DNA of 64,000 bases from an uncultured Thermoplasmatales archaeon (lineage in GTDB: Archaea; Thermoplasmatota; E2; DHVEG-1): NCBI GenBank assembly GCA_964581795.1, contig CAZOPW010000002.1, positions 4,979-68,978 of the forward strand, read 5' to 3'. Shown piece by piece: positions 1 to 9,967 of the stretch. The notes under the pieces were generated by a model, which had not been told where the DNA came from, ran no database searches, and saw nothing but the letters and a program-made list of their open reading frames with translations. Position numbers and translations under genes: made by a program. Numbering within the stretch: position 1 is the first letter of the stretch; every line of letters starts with the position of its first letter.

Positions 1-1410
1 AAGAGAAAGGAAAACGACGTTGATTTATTACCATTTATTCGTCAGCACAATATTGATATATTTTTAGATAAAGAAAATGTAAAACAGATTATTTCATCAA
101 AATATGATACAATAAAGAATGCTGTTGCACATCTTGATCATTCAAGGAATTATAGTAAATGCACCCTTGCCTTTAAAAAAGGAAAAATACCTCTTTCTCT
201 TGTGGACAAAAAGGATTGTTCTGAAAAATCGTTGAAACTTCAGTCTTTTAAAACTAATAAACCAGTGTTCTTTCCACGATATCTAACAAAGGACTTAGCT
301 GAATTTTTAGGCTATATCATTGGTGATGGTCACGTTACTGATAAAACCGTTGAAATCTCAAATGCAGATCAAGAACTTATCAAACGGATTACTCACTTAA
401 GTCAAAAGCTCTTTAGGATACAGCCAACTATCACAAAAGATAAAAGGAGTAGGGCACAGCGCGTTCTTTTATCCTCAAAAACGTTAGCAGGATTAATTCA
501 TACCATTTTTGAAATACCCTATGGAAAAAAGGGTAGATCATTATCTCTTTCGAACAACCTCATTTCAACCTCGGATGAGGTTTTGCGTCATTTCATTCAA
601 GCCTATGTTGACTGTGATGGATATGTAACAAAGAATTATCGAAATATTGCTATTTCTTCAGAGAGTAAAACACTTATCAGTCAAATAAATTCATTATTGA
701 AAAGATTTGATATATTTTCAACTCTGTCGAAAAAGCAGGTTAATGGAGTACATTATTGGAAATTATGCATTGAGGGAAGATATGCTGAATCATACTCAAT
801 GAAAATTGGATCTAGGCTGTCACGTAAAAAAGATCGATTATCAACTTTCACTCGGATGGGAAAAAGACAAGGATGTGGGAAACATGATATGATTCCCATT
901 GGTACTCAATTGAAAGAGGTTCGTGAATCATTAGGTCATTCAATTGGCAATATTCAACAAAAAGCAGTTAACAGTTATGGGATTTATGAGAAAAAAGGAC
1001 ATATTTCTAGAGAAGCATTATACAATTTATCAAAATTTTACGAGAAATATCCACAAGGCAATCTTCTTACCCTGCTCTCTAAAGTTAAAAATGGGGAAAA
1101 TCCACGTGATACATTTAATATTGGCATTGTAAATGCTCTTCTTTCCCATTTTACACAACTAGGATTTATTAAAGATGCGCAGGCTTGCATTTACTTAACG
1201 TCTGCTGGAAGAAAACAGCTTCAACAACGATTAATGTATCAGAAGACTGCATGTAAGGAATCGTTAAAATCGATTCATAATTTATCAATGTCTGATGTAT
1301 GCTGGATTAAAGTAAAAGATATAAAAACCATTGAATCACCAGAATACGTATATGATTTTACCGTTGAAGATAACCATAGTTTTATCGCTGATGGAATAGT
1401 CGTCCACAAT
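1..1410 (+). mobile_element. Large LAGLIDADG-type intein inserted in the SRP54 P-loop. It is partial: the N-terminal splicing domain lies upstream of the window.
   Basis: Two LAGLIDADG blocks (LAEFLGYIIGDGHV; IQAYVDCDGYVTK). Typical C-terminal splicing block ends 'YVYDFTVEDNHSFIADGIVVHN' at nt 1410, followed by Thr at +1 (acg at 1411). Confidence 0.75.
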
Positions 1411-2412
1411 ACGACTTCAGCAGGCAAGCTTGCGACGTATTTTAAAAAGAAAGGTCTTCGCCCTTCTGTTATTGCCGGTGATGTACATCGACCTGCTGCC
1501 TACGACCAATTAAAACAAATTGCAGAACAAGTTGAGGTACCCTTTTATGGGGATAAAAACGAAAAAAGTGCTGTTAAAGTAGTAAAAAACGGAGTGGAAA
1601 AATTCAAACGAAGCGCAGATGTAATTATTGTTGATACTTCAGGTCGACATAAACTTGAAGATGACCTTATTCAAGAAATGAAAGATATCTTTCATGCTAC
1701 TAATCCTGATGAAAAACTCCTAGTAATAGATGCAGCAGTGGGTCAACAAGCAGGATCACAAGCGAAGGCATTTAATGATGCTGTTGATATCACAGGAATA
1801 ATTTTAACGAAACTTGATGGTACTGCAAAAGGAGGAGGCGCACTTAGTGCTGCTTCAGAAGTTGATGCACCAATCGTGTTTATTGGAACTGGAGAACATG
1901 CGACTGATTTTGAACGATTTGATCCTGCCCGATTTATCTCACGTTTACTCGGTATGGGTGATATTAAAACCTTACTTGAAAAAGCTGAAGAAAGTATGAA
2001 GGGTAAAGACGCTGAAAAAACTGCTCGCCGGATGATGTCAGGAAAATTCACACTTCATGATATGTATGATCAAATGGATATGCTCTCTGGAATGGGCCCA
2101 TTGAATAAAATTTCAGAATTACTACCTGGTGGATTTGCCGGAAAAATGAAAGATGTTGATATGGATGATACTCAAGATCGACTTCAACGATTTCGAATAA
2201 TCATGGATTCAATGACTGATGAGGAAATGGAGAACCCTCAAATTATTCGTGCGTCTCGAGTGAAACGGATAGCTCGAGGAGCAGGAGTTGAAAATAAAGA
2301 TGTTAAAGAACTTATCAAATATTATAATATGACAAAAAGAATGATGAAAGGCTTTTCCAGTAATCGAAAAATGCGGAAGAATTTAATGAAACAATTACAA
2401 TTTGGAAAATAA
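1..2412 (+). CDS. srp54: Signal recognition particle protein SRP54 (Ffh), 5'-partial, interrupted by an intein. The reading frame is open from nt 1, so the ORF-track start at 202 is an artefact.
   Basis: After the intein the protein resumes 'TTSAGKLATYF...', the end of a GxxGxGKTT P-loop, in an SRP54-type G domain (DTSGRH, TKLDGTAKGG). The C terminus is a Met-rich M domain (MMSGKFTLHDMYDQMDMLSGMGPLNK). Frame 1 has no stop from nt 1 to 201. Confidence 0.8.
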   Translation, partial: KRKENDVDLLPFIRQHNIDIFLDKENVKQIISSKYDTIKNAVAHLDHSRNYSKCTLAFKKGKIPLSLVDKKDCSEKSLKLQSFKTNKPVFFPRYLTKDLAEFLGYIIGDGHVTDKTVEISNADQELIKRITHLSQKLFRIQPTITKDKRSRAQRVLLSSKTLAGLIHTIFEIPYGKKGRSLSLSNNLISTSDEVLRHFIQAYVDCDGYVTKNYRNIAISSESKTLISQINSLLKRFDIFSTLSKKQVNGVHYWKLCIEGRYAESYSMKIGSRLSRKKDRLSTFTRMGKRQGCGKHDMIPIGTQLKEVRESLGHSIGNIQQKAVNSYGIYEKKGHISREALYNLSKFYEKYPQGNLLTLLSKVKNGENPRDTFNIGIVNALLSHFTQLGFIKDAQACIYLTSAGRKQLQQRLMYQKTACKESLKSIHNLSMSDVCWIKVKDIKTIESPEYVYDFTVEDNHSFIADGIVVHNTTSAGKLATYFKKKGLRPSVIAGDVHRPAAYDQLKQIAEQVEVPFYGDKNEKSAVKVVKNGVEKFKRSADVIIVDTSGRHKLEDDLIQEMKDIFHATNPDEKLLVIDAAVGQQAGSQAKAFNDAVDITGIILTKLDGTAKGGGALSAASEVDAPIVFIGTGEHATDFERFDPARFISRLLGMGDIKTLLEKAEESMKGKDAEKTARRMMSGKFTLHDMYDQMDMLSGMGPLNKISELLPGGFAGKMKDVDMDDTQDRLQRFRIIMDSMTDEEMENPQIIRASRVKRIARGAGVENKDVKELIKYYNMTKRMMKGFSSNRKMRKNLMKQLQFGK

Positions 2413-2442
2413 CTTATAATACTTTTTTCATGAGTTTGTGTT

Positions 2443-3780
2443 ATGTGCTTTGAACACAGAAAGCAACTCATTGGAAATGGACGTACTGCTGAAATAAGAA
2501 AGAAAAGAGAACTGATGTTAAACCTTTTTTCTCAAGTGTTGAAAGCTGTAAACCCATATAATGCAGTAACCTCTCATATAGATGGATCGTCTCTTTTTCT
2601 TCATAATAAAACGATTGATGTGAACCGGTTTCATAATGTGTATGTACTTGGGTTTGGCAAGGGCAGTGTTGGAATGACTCAAGCAGTATGCGATTATTTA
2701 CCTGTAAAGAGAGGACTTGCAATTACAAATGATAAAGAATCTTCTGTTTCACATCAGGATGTTGAAACTATTGTTGGAGGGCATCCTGTTCCAAATAAAC
2801 AAAGTGTTGTTGGAGCAAAAAAAGCCAATGAACTGTTAGCAACGTGTGAACCAAATGATTTAGTAATCATTCTCATCTCTGGTGGAGGATCTGCGTTACT
2901 TGCTTCTCCTCGAATTCCTTTATCTGATTTACAGAAAACAACGAAATTGTTACTTGGTTCAGGGGCGACAATTCAGGAGATTAATACTATTCGGAAGCAT
3001 TTGTCAACAGTGAAAGGTGGGCAACTCGTTCGATCATTACCCTGTCAAGTGGTGACATTAATAATTAGCGATGTTGTTGGAGATCCTTTGGAATTTATTT
3101 CATCTGGTCCAACAGTGGGTGATTCAACGACGTTTTCTGATGCATATGAGATTTTAAATCGATATAATTTATGGCATAAGATTCCAGAATCTACTCGTCA
3201 TGTCATTGAACAGGGAAAACAAGAATTAATCCCTGAGACTCCTTCTCAATCTGATCCTGTTTTTGCTCATGTAAATAATAGTATTATTGCAAATAATACT
3301 ATGGCGTGTGAAACTGCATTTAATCATGCGAAAAAACTGGGACTTAATCCTGTTTTAATTTCAACTCAGTTGACGGGTGAGGCACGAACACTGAGTATGG
3401 ACTTGTTTGAAAAGGCCACGCAGTCTTATAATGATCATATTGGTAACGTGTTTATTAGTGGAGGGGAACCTACAGTTACTATTAAAGGAAGTGGCAAGGG
3501 TGGTAGAAATCAAGAACTTGTTCTTTCGATGGTCCATTTACTTAAGGGATCACAAAGTGTTTTTGGTTCATTTGGAACTGATGGTATTGATGGAATGAGT
3601 CCTGCTGCTGGTGCGATTGCTGATGGAAATACATTACAGAGAGCAGAAGAAAAAAATATGGACAGTTTGGATTACTTGGAAAATAATGATTCATTTACTT
3701 ATTTTGATACATTAAATGATACATTGATAACTGGGCCGACGGGTACTAATGTGATGGATATTCAAATTTTTATGATGTAA
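2443..3780 (+). CDS. Glycerate 2-kinase, MOFRL family (hydroxypyruvate reductase-like)
   Basis: 445 aa. Motifs typical of MOFRL GckA/TtuD-type glycerate kinases: VLGFGKGSVGM, ILISGGGSALLASP, KHLSTVKGGQL, IISDVVGDP. Confidence 0.65.
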   Translation: MCFEHRKQLIGNGRTAEIRKKRELMLNLFSQVLKAVNPYNAVTSHIDGSSLFLHNKTIDVNRFHNVYVLGFGKGSVGMTQAVCDYLPVKRGLAITNDKESSVSHQDVETIVGGHPVPNKQSVVGAKKANELLATCEPNDLVIILISGGGSALLASPRIPLSDLQKTTKLLLGSGATIQEINTIRKHLSTVKGGQLVRSLPCQVVTLIISDVVGDPLEFISSGPTVGDSTTFSDAYEILNRYNLWHKIPESTRHVIEQGKQELIPETPSQSDPVFAHVNNSIIANNTMACETAFNHAKKLGLNPVLISTQLTGEARTLSMDLFEKATQSYNDHIGNVFISGGEPTVTIKGSGKGGRNQELVLSMVHLLKGSQSVFGSFGTDGIDGMSPAAGAIADGNTLQRAEEKNMDSLDYLENNDSFTYFDTLNDTLITGPTGTNVMDIQIFMM

Positions 3781-4036
3781 CCCATTTTTTATAAATGACA
3801 TTGTCTTTTTTTCTTTTGAGAAAGTAACTAGGTTTATTAATAATGGATACCATACATTTGTGTGGAATGTTTGTGAAGGATGACAAATATTTTTAATATT
3901 AAGATATTTGTTGAAAGGATGGGATTTAGGATGAATGCAGAAGGTTTAAAACACTTTATCAGTTATTTTAACCCCAAAAATTATATAAAGAATAAGTATA
4001 TAAATCGAGGTGGTATTTATTATAGGTGAGAAATAC

Positions 4037-7000
4037 ATGATTCTCTCCAAGAAATTTTGGCAGCAAAAAACATCTTTTTTCATTATTATACTATTATTAA
4101 TCAGTTCGTTTTCATTCGTCATCAATGAAGTGAATGCTGATTCTACTTCATTTAATGAAGAAGATGGAACTTATTTCGTATCCAGTTTTGAAGGTATATC
4201 AAATGAAAATATCTTCGGTGGTTGTGTTATTTCTGATACAGGAAATAAGATTATGTTGGATTCCTCTGGTTCAAGATATGCAAATTATAATTTTTCTAAT
4301 TGGAATAAAGATTCAGAAAATGAAGTTAGAAGAGGAGAGATTTTTTGGTTTTCACCTTTGTTTCCAACATTTATTATTAGTGCATTTGAGGAGGTAGTAA
4401 CCACGGCAAATTATTACTGGGCGATGTCAAAAAATGACTCATATGAATATCCTCGTGATGGTAAAATTATTCCAACAGTTAAACAACAATTTCATCATTT
4501 TCGATTTAAAATAAGCCAGGACATCGACAGTATCTCCTCTTTTGAAATTCAATGGACTGGAAGTGCTGAAAATCAAAAAAATGTGAAATTATATGTTAGG
4601 AGACCGTTATTTGGATTTGGTATTTGGCAGGAACTTGATAAAGTTACTACTAATGAAACTGACCTTGAATTAAGTTATCAAAATGAGAGTCTTCCTTTAG
4701 ATGAAGATGGTTATCTAGAATTGTGTGTTGTTGTTGTCCCTGATTTAGGGGAAAAAACGTATATTCAAACGGATTTTATTAACGTCAAAGTTTTAGGAAC
4801 TGGTTTTGCAAAAAGCGGAGCTGTTCGCTTTGAACCTGTTTCAGCAGAAAACATTTCCAGGTGGGAACGATTTACCTGGTCAGGGTATGAGAAAGAAGCA
4901 ACATCAATTTCTGCTCAATTCTTCCATTATGACAATGGATCATATAATTTAATTTCAAATTCTATAATAAGCGGAAATAGTATAGGGATCACAAAAAAGA
5001 GTGTAGATTTATCAAAAGTTTCAATTGATACAAATCTAACTGTAAACTTTACATTAGAAACAACAGATATAGCATATTCTCCTGAGTTATATGAATGGGG
5101 AGTAAGTTGGCAGCTTTCAGATGAGTATTGGATGGATCAATTTGATACAGAATTACGAGTGGAAGAGTCTAGACTAAATAATGTTCGTATAAAAGATGGA
5201 TCTGCTACGCTTGTAACTACAGTGTATGATTGGCCTATGTTCGGCCATGACGCTAGAAACACGCGGGTTTCTCCAGGGCTTGGTCCAGGTAGTAATACTG
5301 CTATTTGCTGGGAAAGCTTAGAACGAGTTGGTGGAAATCAAAAAAATCCTATTGTTAATGATGGTCTTATCTATATTGCTAATGAAGACTCTTCTAAGAT
5401 TTATGCATATGATGCTCAATATGATCAAAGTTTTATTCCAAATGAAAAAGAAGATGCATCATTAAATCTTGAATATGAAATTAGGAATTCTCCTGTAGCT
5501 ACATCGAAAAATACTATTGTTGTTGCTACTGGGTCATCAATTGATAATGGAGGTATTGAAAACAAAGTATACGGTTTAAATGCGAATAACTTGCAAACGC
5601 AGGAATGGAAGTTTTCATACGACTCTGTTGATTCAGAAAATCCATATATATCTTATGAGGCATCTCCGGTAATTAAAGATGGGAAAATATATTTAACGTC
5701 GTGGAATGGAGATAGTTCCTTATTAACAGATGTCTTTGATTTTTTTAACTTATCGACTGGTAATAACAAGCTCATTTGCTTGACTGAAAGTGGAAGTTAT
5801 GAATGGAGTACAGATTTAGCAGCGGGTAGTTTTGCTAGTCCTGCTGTTAGCGATGATACGATTGTTGCCGGATGTGAAAAAATTAATGGAGAAAGTTTAC
5901 GAGCTTTTACATTAGATGGATCAAAAAAATGGGGTACAGACGTTGGTCCTATTGGATATGCTTCTCCAGTAATTGTTGATGATGTGGTTTATGTGGTCTC
6001 AAAAAAACTTTGTCAAACCTTTGTGAATGCGTTTACACAAGTCGTTGCGGTAGATTTAGATTCCGGAATAATCAAATGGAATACAACAATTGGGGATATG
6101 CTACCGGAATTGTACGGGAATGCTGCGTTCAGCAGTCCAGTGGTTGTTAATGGAATGGTGTATGTTGCATCTCCAGATGGAATCATGTATAAGATAGATG
6201 CAGATAACGGATCAATTCTTGAATCAAAGAAGATTTTTAATAAAGGTGTCTCGTCACTAATTATTCGATCTTCACCGGCGTATGCTGATGAAATCATTTA
6301 TATTGGTACGCCTAATGGATATATTTATGCATTGGATGCTTCAACGTTAAATACTGTTTGGAGCAGGAAAACTGATCCTACATATCCAATTTATTCATCT
6401 CCAATTGTTGTTGATGGATTCCTCTATTATACTGATGAATCGAATTATTTATACTGTCAAGGAAAACATCAGATTGTTGAGGATACTCAAATTACAGGTA
6501 CATTAATTTCTACACCTATCTCACTTCCTTCCAGTTCACTCTATTTCAAAAAATTTGAAGTATCTGATTCAGTTAATTCAGGATATATTACGTACAGTGT
6601 ACTAAAAGAAAATTATCAAGAATTAATAGAAGAGATTGAAGATAATGATGAATTAGAGATTGATTTATTAAAGGATATTGATACGATTCGATTGAAAGCA
6701 GTCTTTCATGCGAACGCCAAGGAAACTGTTTCATTACATTCTTGGAAAGTTACTTTTGATGATGAACCCGGTGAAAGTGGGGAAACAATATTCCGAAAGT
6801 ATCAGAAGGATTTATCTGATCCTCCATTCTTTTCCATTGATGTTCGAAATAGTGAACACGGATTGATTAATACATCAGCTCGTTTCAAATTAGAATATTC
6901 TAATGAAAGTACTGGAACATATATTACAGAATGGCTGCCGGCAAATTTTACCGGTGAAAATAGAACAAAGGATGAAGAAACGATTTCTGTGAATATGAGT

Positions 7001-8545
7001 TATTATGATGTTATAAATGAAATTGATTTATATCATCAAATTAAATTTTCAATAAATGTGACAACCGGTAAAACGTCTCATTCCGAATGGAAACAAATAG
7101 AAGGGAAACCAGATCAGGAACCACCACTTTTTTATTTGAATTCTTTTTCCCCAGATCCACCATTTATTTCATCAATGACTCCTACATGTACCATTCAAGC
7201 CAAAGATGTAGGAAGTAATGGAAATACAACTGGATTAAATGTATTCTCCGCCCACTACTCAATTGAATATAATAATGGAAAAACATTTACCACTCGGGCA
7301 GAGTGCTCAGGGAGTAATGGAACAGAAAATAAAGTTACTCTCACCGCAGACATTTCCCAAGCAGATTTAGATGAAAACATTACAAATCTTGAATCTATTC
7401 GATTTTCTATAGAGGACATGGATGGAAATGAGAATGAAACAGATTGGATTGATTTATTTTTTGATAGCACTCCACCTATTTCAAGTGTATCTAATACTGA
7501 TGATATTCCTCAATTCAATAATGGATCATTTGTTCGTATCAATGCAACCGCTACTGATTCGGATGTAGAGGATGAATACACAAGTGGAGTAAAAGAAATC
7601 ACTTTGTATTATCGAAAAAGTGGATCAACACAATGGAACCAATTCGGATCGCCTTGTTCATCAGACTCATGCTCTTGGGAATTCACCATTGGTGCTACTG
7701 CAGGTGGTGAATTTGAATTGTGTACAATTGCTTTAGATAATGCTTCCAATGAAGAATCGTTTCCTACTGAAGGTGATGTGTTCTTTGTCTATGATCCAAA
7801 TCCTCCAACGGTTACATTTCCTGATTCCCTTATTGAGATCACAAATAATAGTAATCCTCCATCATTTGATCAGGTAACATTTGAAGATGATTATCAATTG
7901 GACAAGATTTATTATCGATTAAATTCTGATGGAATTCAAAACTGGACATTAATTACGACAACGTCTCAAGATAAAGTGACTCCAACGTGGAATATTACAA
8001 AAACTCAATGGGATGATATGATTGAGGATGAAACAGCTTATGTTTTCTTCAAGGTTCATGATGCATTGGGAAACATTTTTGTTATAACTTCTACACAGAA
8101 TGCAATGCGAATTAGAAAAAACATTGAAGACATTGTAGAATACACAGTAGATGTTAATGATTTTGATTCATGGCAATTTGATAATTCATATACAATACGA
8201 GTGAATACGCAGAACACGAGTATTACATCAATGAAATTATGGTATCGGTTTGCTGGAGAGACTGAAAATACAACTGCGAATTGGACTATATACTCAAATT
8301 CGGTGAATGCCACACCCTTCGAATGGAATTTTAATCCAGAAGATGGAGAAGGATATTATCAGTTTTACGTTGAGATAACCACGGCTGAAGGATTAGTAAA
8401 AACAACCCCTGTTCAAACAGTTTTTGTCACATTATTTCCATTAAGTGAACTTATTGTCGCCTTAGTTGTAACTATTATTTTATTTGCGGTGTCAGGTCTT
8501 GTGATTAAAAAATATCGAGGTCATCAAAAGGAAAATACAATCTGA
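4037..8545 (+). CDS. Giant secreted/surface protein with PQQ-like beta-propeller repeats and a C-terminal TM anchor
   Basis: N-terminal signal-like segment (MILSKKFWQQKTSFFIIILLLISSFSFVINEVNA). Repeated PQQ-propeller-like motifs (YAYDAQ, KKWGTDVGP, IIKWNTTIG, YALDASTLNTVWSRKT). C-terminal hydrophobic helix followed by KKYRGHQKENTI. Confidence 0.55.
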   Translation: MILSKKFWQQKTSFFIIILLLISSFSFVINEVNADSTSFNEEDGTYFVSSFEGISNENIFGGCVISDTGNKIMLDSSGSRYANYNFSNWNKDSENEVRRGEIFWFSPLFPTFIISAFEEVVTTANYYWAMSKNDSYEYPRDGKIIPTVKQQFHHFRFKISQDIDSISSFEIQWTGSAENQKNVKLYVRRPLFGFGIWQELDKVTTNETDLELSYQNESLPLDEDGYLELCVVVVPDLGEKTYIQTDFINVKVLGTGFAKSGAVRFEPVSAENISRWERFTWSGYEKEATSISAQFFHYDNGSYNLISNSIISGNSIGITKKSVDLSKVSIDTNLTVNFTLETTDIAYSPELYEWGVSWQLSDEYWMDQFDTELRVEESRLNNVRIKDGSATLVTTVYDWPMFGHDARNTRVSPGLGPGSNTAICWESLERVGGNQKNPIVNDGLIYIANEDSSKIYAYDAQYDQSFIPNEKEDASLNLEYEIRNSPVATSKNTIVVATGSSIDNGGIENKVYGLNANNLQTQEWKFSYDSVDSENPYISYEASPVIKDGKIYLTSWNGDSSLLTDVFDFFNLSTGNNKLICLTESGSYEWSTDLAAGSFASPAVSDDTIVAGCEKINGESLRAFTLDGSKKWGTDVGPIGYASPVIVDDVVYVVSKKLCQTFVNAFTQVVAVDLDSGIIKWNTTIGDMLPELYGNAAFSSPVVVNGMVYVASPDGIMYKIDADNGSILESKKIFNKGVSSLIIRSSPAYADEIIYIGTPNGYIYALDASTLNTVWSRKTDPTYPIYSSPIVVDGFLYYTDESNYLYCQGKHQIVEDTQITGTLISTPISLPSSSLYFKKFEVSDSVNSGYITYSVLKENYQELIEEIEDNDELEIDLLKDIDTIRLKAVFHANAKETVSLHSWKVTFDDEPGESGETIFRKYQKDLSDPPFFSIDVRNSEHGLINTSARFKLEYSNESTGTYITEWLPANFTGENRTKDEETISVNMSYYDVINEIDLYHQIKFSINVTTGKTSHSEWKQIEGKPDQEPPLFYLNSFSPDPPFISSMTPTCTIQAKDVGSNGNTTGLNVFSAHYSIEYNNGKTFTTRAECSGSNGTENKVTLTADISQADLDENITNLESIRFSIEDMDGNENETDWIDLFFDSTPPISSVSNTDDIPQFNNGSFVRINATATDSDVEDEYTSGVKEITLYYRKSGSTQWNQFGSPCSSDSCSWEFTIGATAGGEFELCTIALDNASNEESFPTEGDVFFVYDPNPPTVTFPDSLIEITNNSNPPSFDQVTFEDDYQLDKIYYRLNSDGIQNWTLITTTSQDKVTPTWNITKTQWDDMIEDETAYVFFKVHDALGNIFVITSTQNAMRIRKNIEDIVEYTVDVNDFDSWQFDNSYTIRVNTQNTSITSMKLWYRFAGETENTTANWTIYSNSVNATPFEWNFNPEDGEGYYQFYVEITTAEGLVKTTPVQTVFVTLFPLSELIVALVVTIILFAVSGLVIKKYRGHQKENTI

Positions 8546-8554
8546 TCATTTTTT

Positions 8555-9520
8555 TTAATCACGAGGATAATGGGAAAATAAGAGTTCCCGTAATTCATCA
8601 ATTCCTTTGTTTGTAGTACATGAAACTGAAATATCATTTTCACTAGATTCATATAAGTCACTTTTGTTTTTTACAATGATAAATTCAGCTGATGAAAATT
8701 CTTTTTGCAAACGATGCAATAATTGTTGTTGTTGTGTCATTGTATACCCGCAACTTTCTGATGGATCAAAAAGAAATAAAACGATATCAGCAAGGTGGGC
8801 TAATGCTATAATTGCCACGCGTTCAATCTCATTTCGTTTTTCTAATGGTTGTTCAAGTAATCCCGGAGTGTCAATGAGTTGAAATTGTTCTGTAAAAAAA
8901 TCTTTTTCTTGTTTCATATGGCCAACATGAATCGTTTTGGTTGTAAACGGATATTGAGCGATATGAGGTTTTGCTCTAGATAAACAAGAGAGAAGTGAAG
9001 ATTTCCCTACATTTGGATATCCTGCAATAACAATAGTAGGTACATCTCTAACATCTGGAAGTTTTACAAGGAAATCACGGGCATCTCTAAGAACTTGTAA
9101 ATCCTGATTGATTTGTTTTATAATACTTGTACATCGACCATGGATTTCACGTTGTTTTTGATGAATAAATTCCAAATCTGTAGACCATCGCAAGGATTTA
9201 ATCTGAGATGATGCAATAGAGCTACAAGTGTCTTTAGCCCATTGTATTGCGCCTAATGAATGACGAATGGAATCTAAATTTAATGCATTATGGATCAACT
9301 CTTGGTAAAAAAGAGAAAGTTGATCTAATGAAGGAAATTGTTTAATGTAAGAATCTAAAATTGAAGTAATCGTATCTGTAAAAGATTCAGTACGGGCAAT
9401 ATATGTTTTTTTCTTCCGAAAATATTTTTTCGGATCCTGAATAGTTTTCTTACGTGCCCTTGAAAATGCACGATCAATGATTTCTTGACTAGTCGCAATT
9501 GGAGGGATTGGGTTAAACAT
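8555..9520 (-). CDS. Nog1/Obg-related archaeal GTP-binding protein
   Basis: G1 motif GYPNVGKSS, then FTT (G2) and DTPG (G3); N-terminal region resembles the NOG1 N-domain. 321 aa. Confidence 0.6.
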   Translation of the reverse strand: MFNPIPPIATSQEIIDRAFSRARKKTIQDPKKYFRKKKTYIARTESFTDTITSILDSYIKQFPSLDQLSLFYQELIHNALNLDSIRHSLGAIQWAKDTCSSIASSQIKSLRWSTDLEFIHQKQREIHGRCTSIIKQINQDLQVLRDARDFLVKLPDVRDVPTIVIAGYPNVGKSSLLSCLSRAKPHIAQYPFTTKTIHVGHMKQEKDFFTEQFQLIDTPGLLEQPLEKRNEIERVAIIALAHLADIVLFLFDPSESCGYTMTQQQQLLHRLQKEFSSAEFIIVKNKSDLYESSENDISVSCTTNKGIDELRELLFSHYPRD

Positions 9521-9647
9521 ACTATTTTTTCCTTTTAATTGATATACTACAAGGTAAATTAAGATATTGGTGAAACAAGAAAAAGAATTCTTTTATTCTC
9601 ATTTTGATTGATAATTAAATTTGCTTAATAAAACTATCATCAAACGT

Positions 9648-9932
9648 TTATCGTTTCACCTTAAAATCTGAACATCCTACTGGTTTTTCTAATTCTTGAA
9701 CTTTCACATCTTTTACATTTGCTAATGGTGATCCTTGATGACACCAATCAACTATTTTATCCACATTTTCAGCTTGTCCTTCAAATAAGGCTTCTACACG
9801 ACCATCATTCATATTGCGAACCCAGCCATTTATTCCAAGTTTTTCAGCTTGCTCTCTAGTCGTTGCACGAAACCAAACTCCTTGGACTTTTCCCTTGATA
9901 TATACATGAACCGTTTTTTGACTCATAATCAT
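9648..9932 (-). CDS. acyP: Acylphosphatase
   Basis: About 90 aa with the characteristic VxGxVQGVxFR motif (VYIKGKVQGVWFRATT) and GWVRNMNDGRVEALFEG. Confidence 0.8.
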   Translation of the reverse strand: MIMSQKTVHVYIKGKVQGVWFRATTREQAEKLGINGWVRNMNDGRVEALFEGQAENVDKIVDWCHQGSPLANVKDVKVQELEKPVGCSDFKVKR

Positions 9933-9967
9933 CGTCTCACAATTTACAATATACCATTATTAAGTGT

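Noticed and set aside
1743-2051. Numerous 60-150-aa ORFs antisense to or nested in large genes (e.g. 1743-2051, 6013-6297, 7255-7470, 38568-38777, 41206-41481, 43781-43998, 49360-49821, 55299-55598, 57784-58229)
   Set aside because: They overlap well-supported genes on the other strand or frame and show low-complexity composition with no motifs. They are artefacts of AT-rich sequence.
202-2412. ATG at 202 as the true start of the first gene
   Set aside because: Frame 1 has no stop codon from nt 1 to 201, and the sequence there is still intein (no SRP54 N-domain or P-loop). The gene begins upstream of the window.
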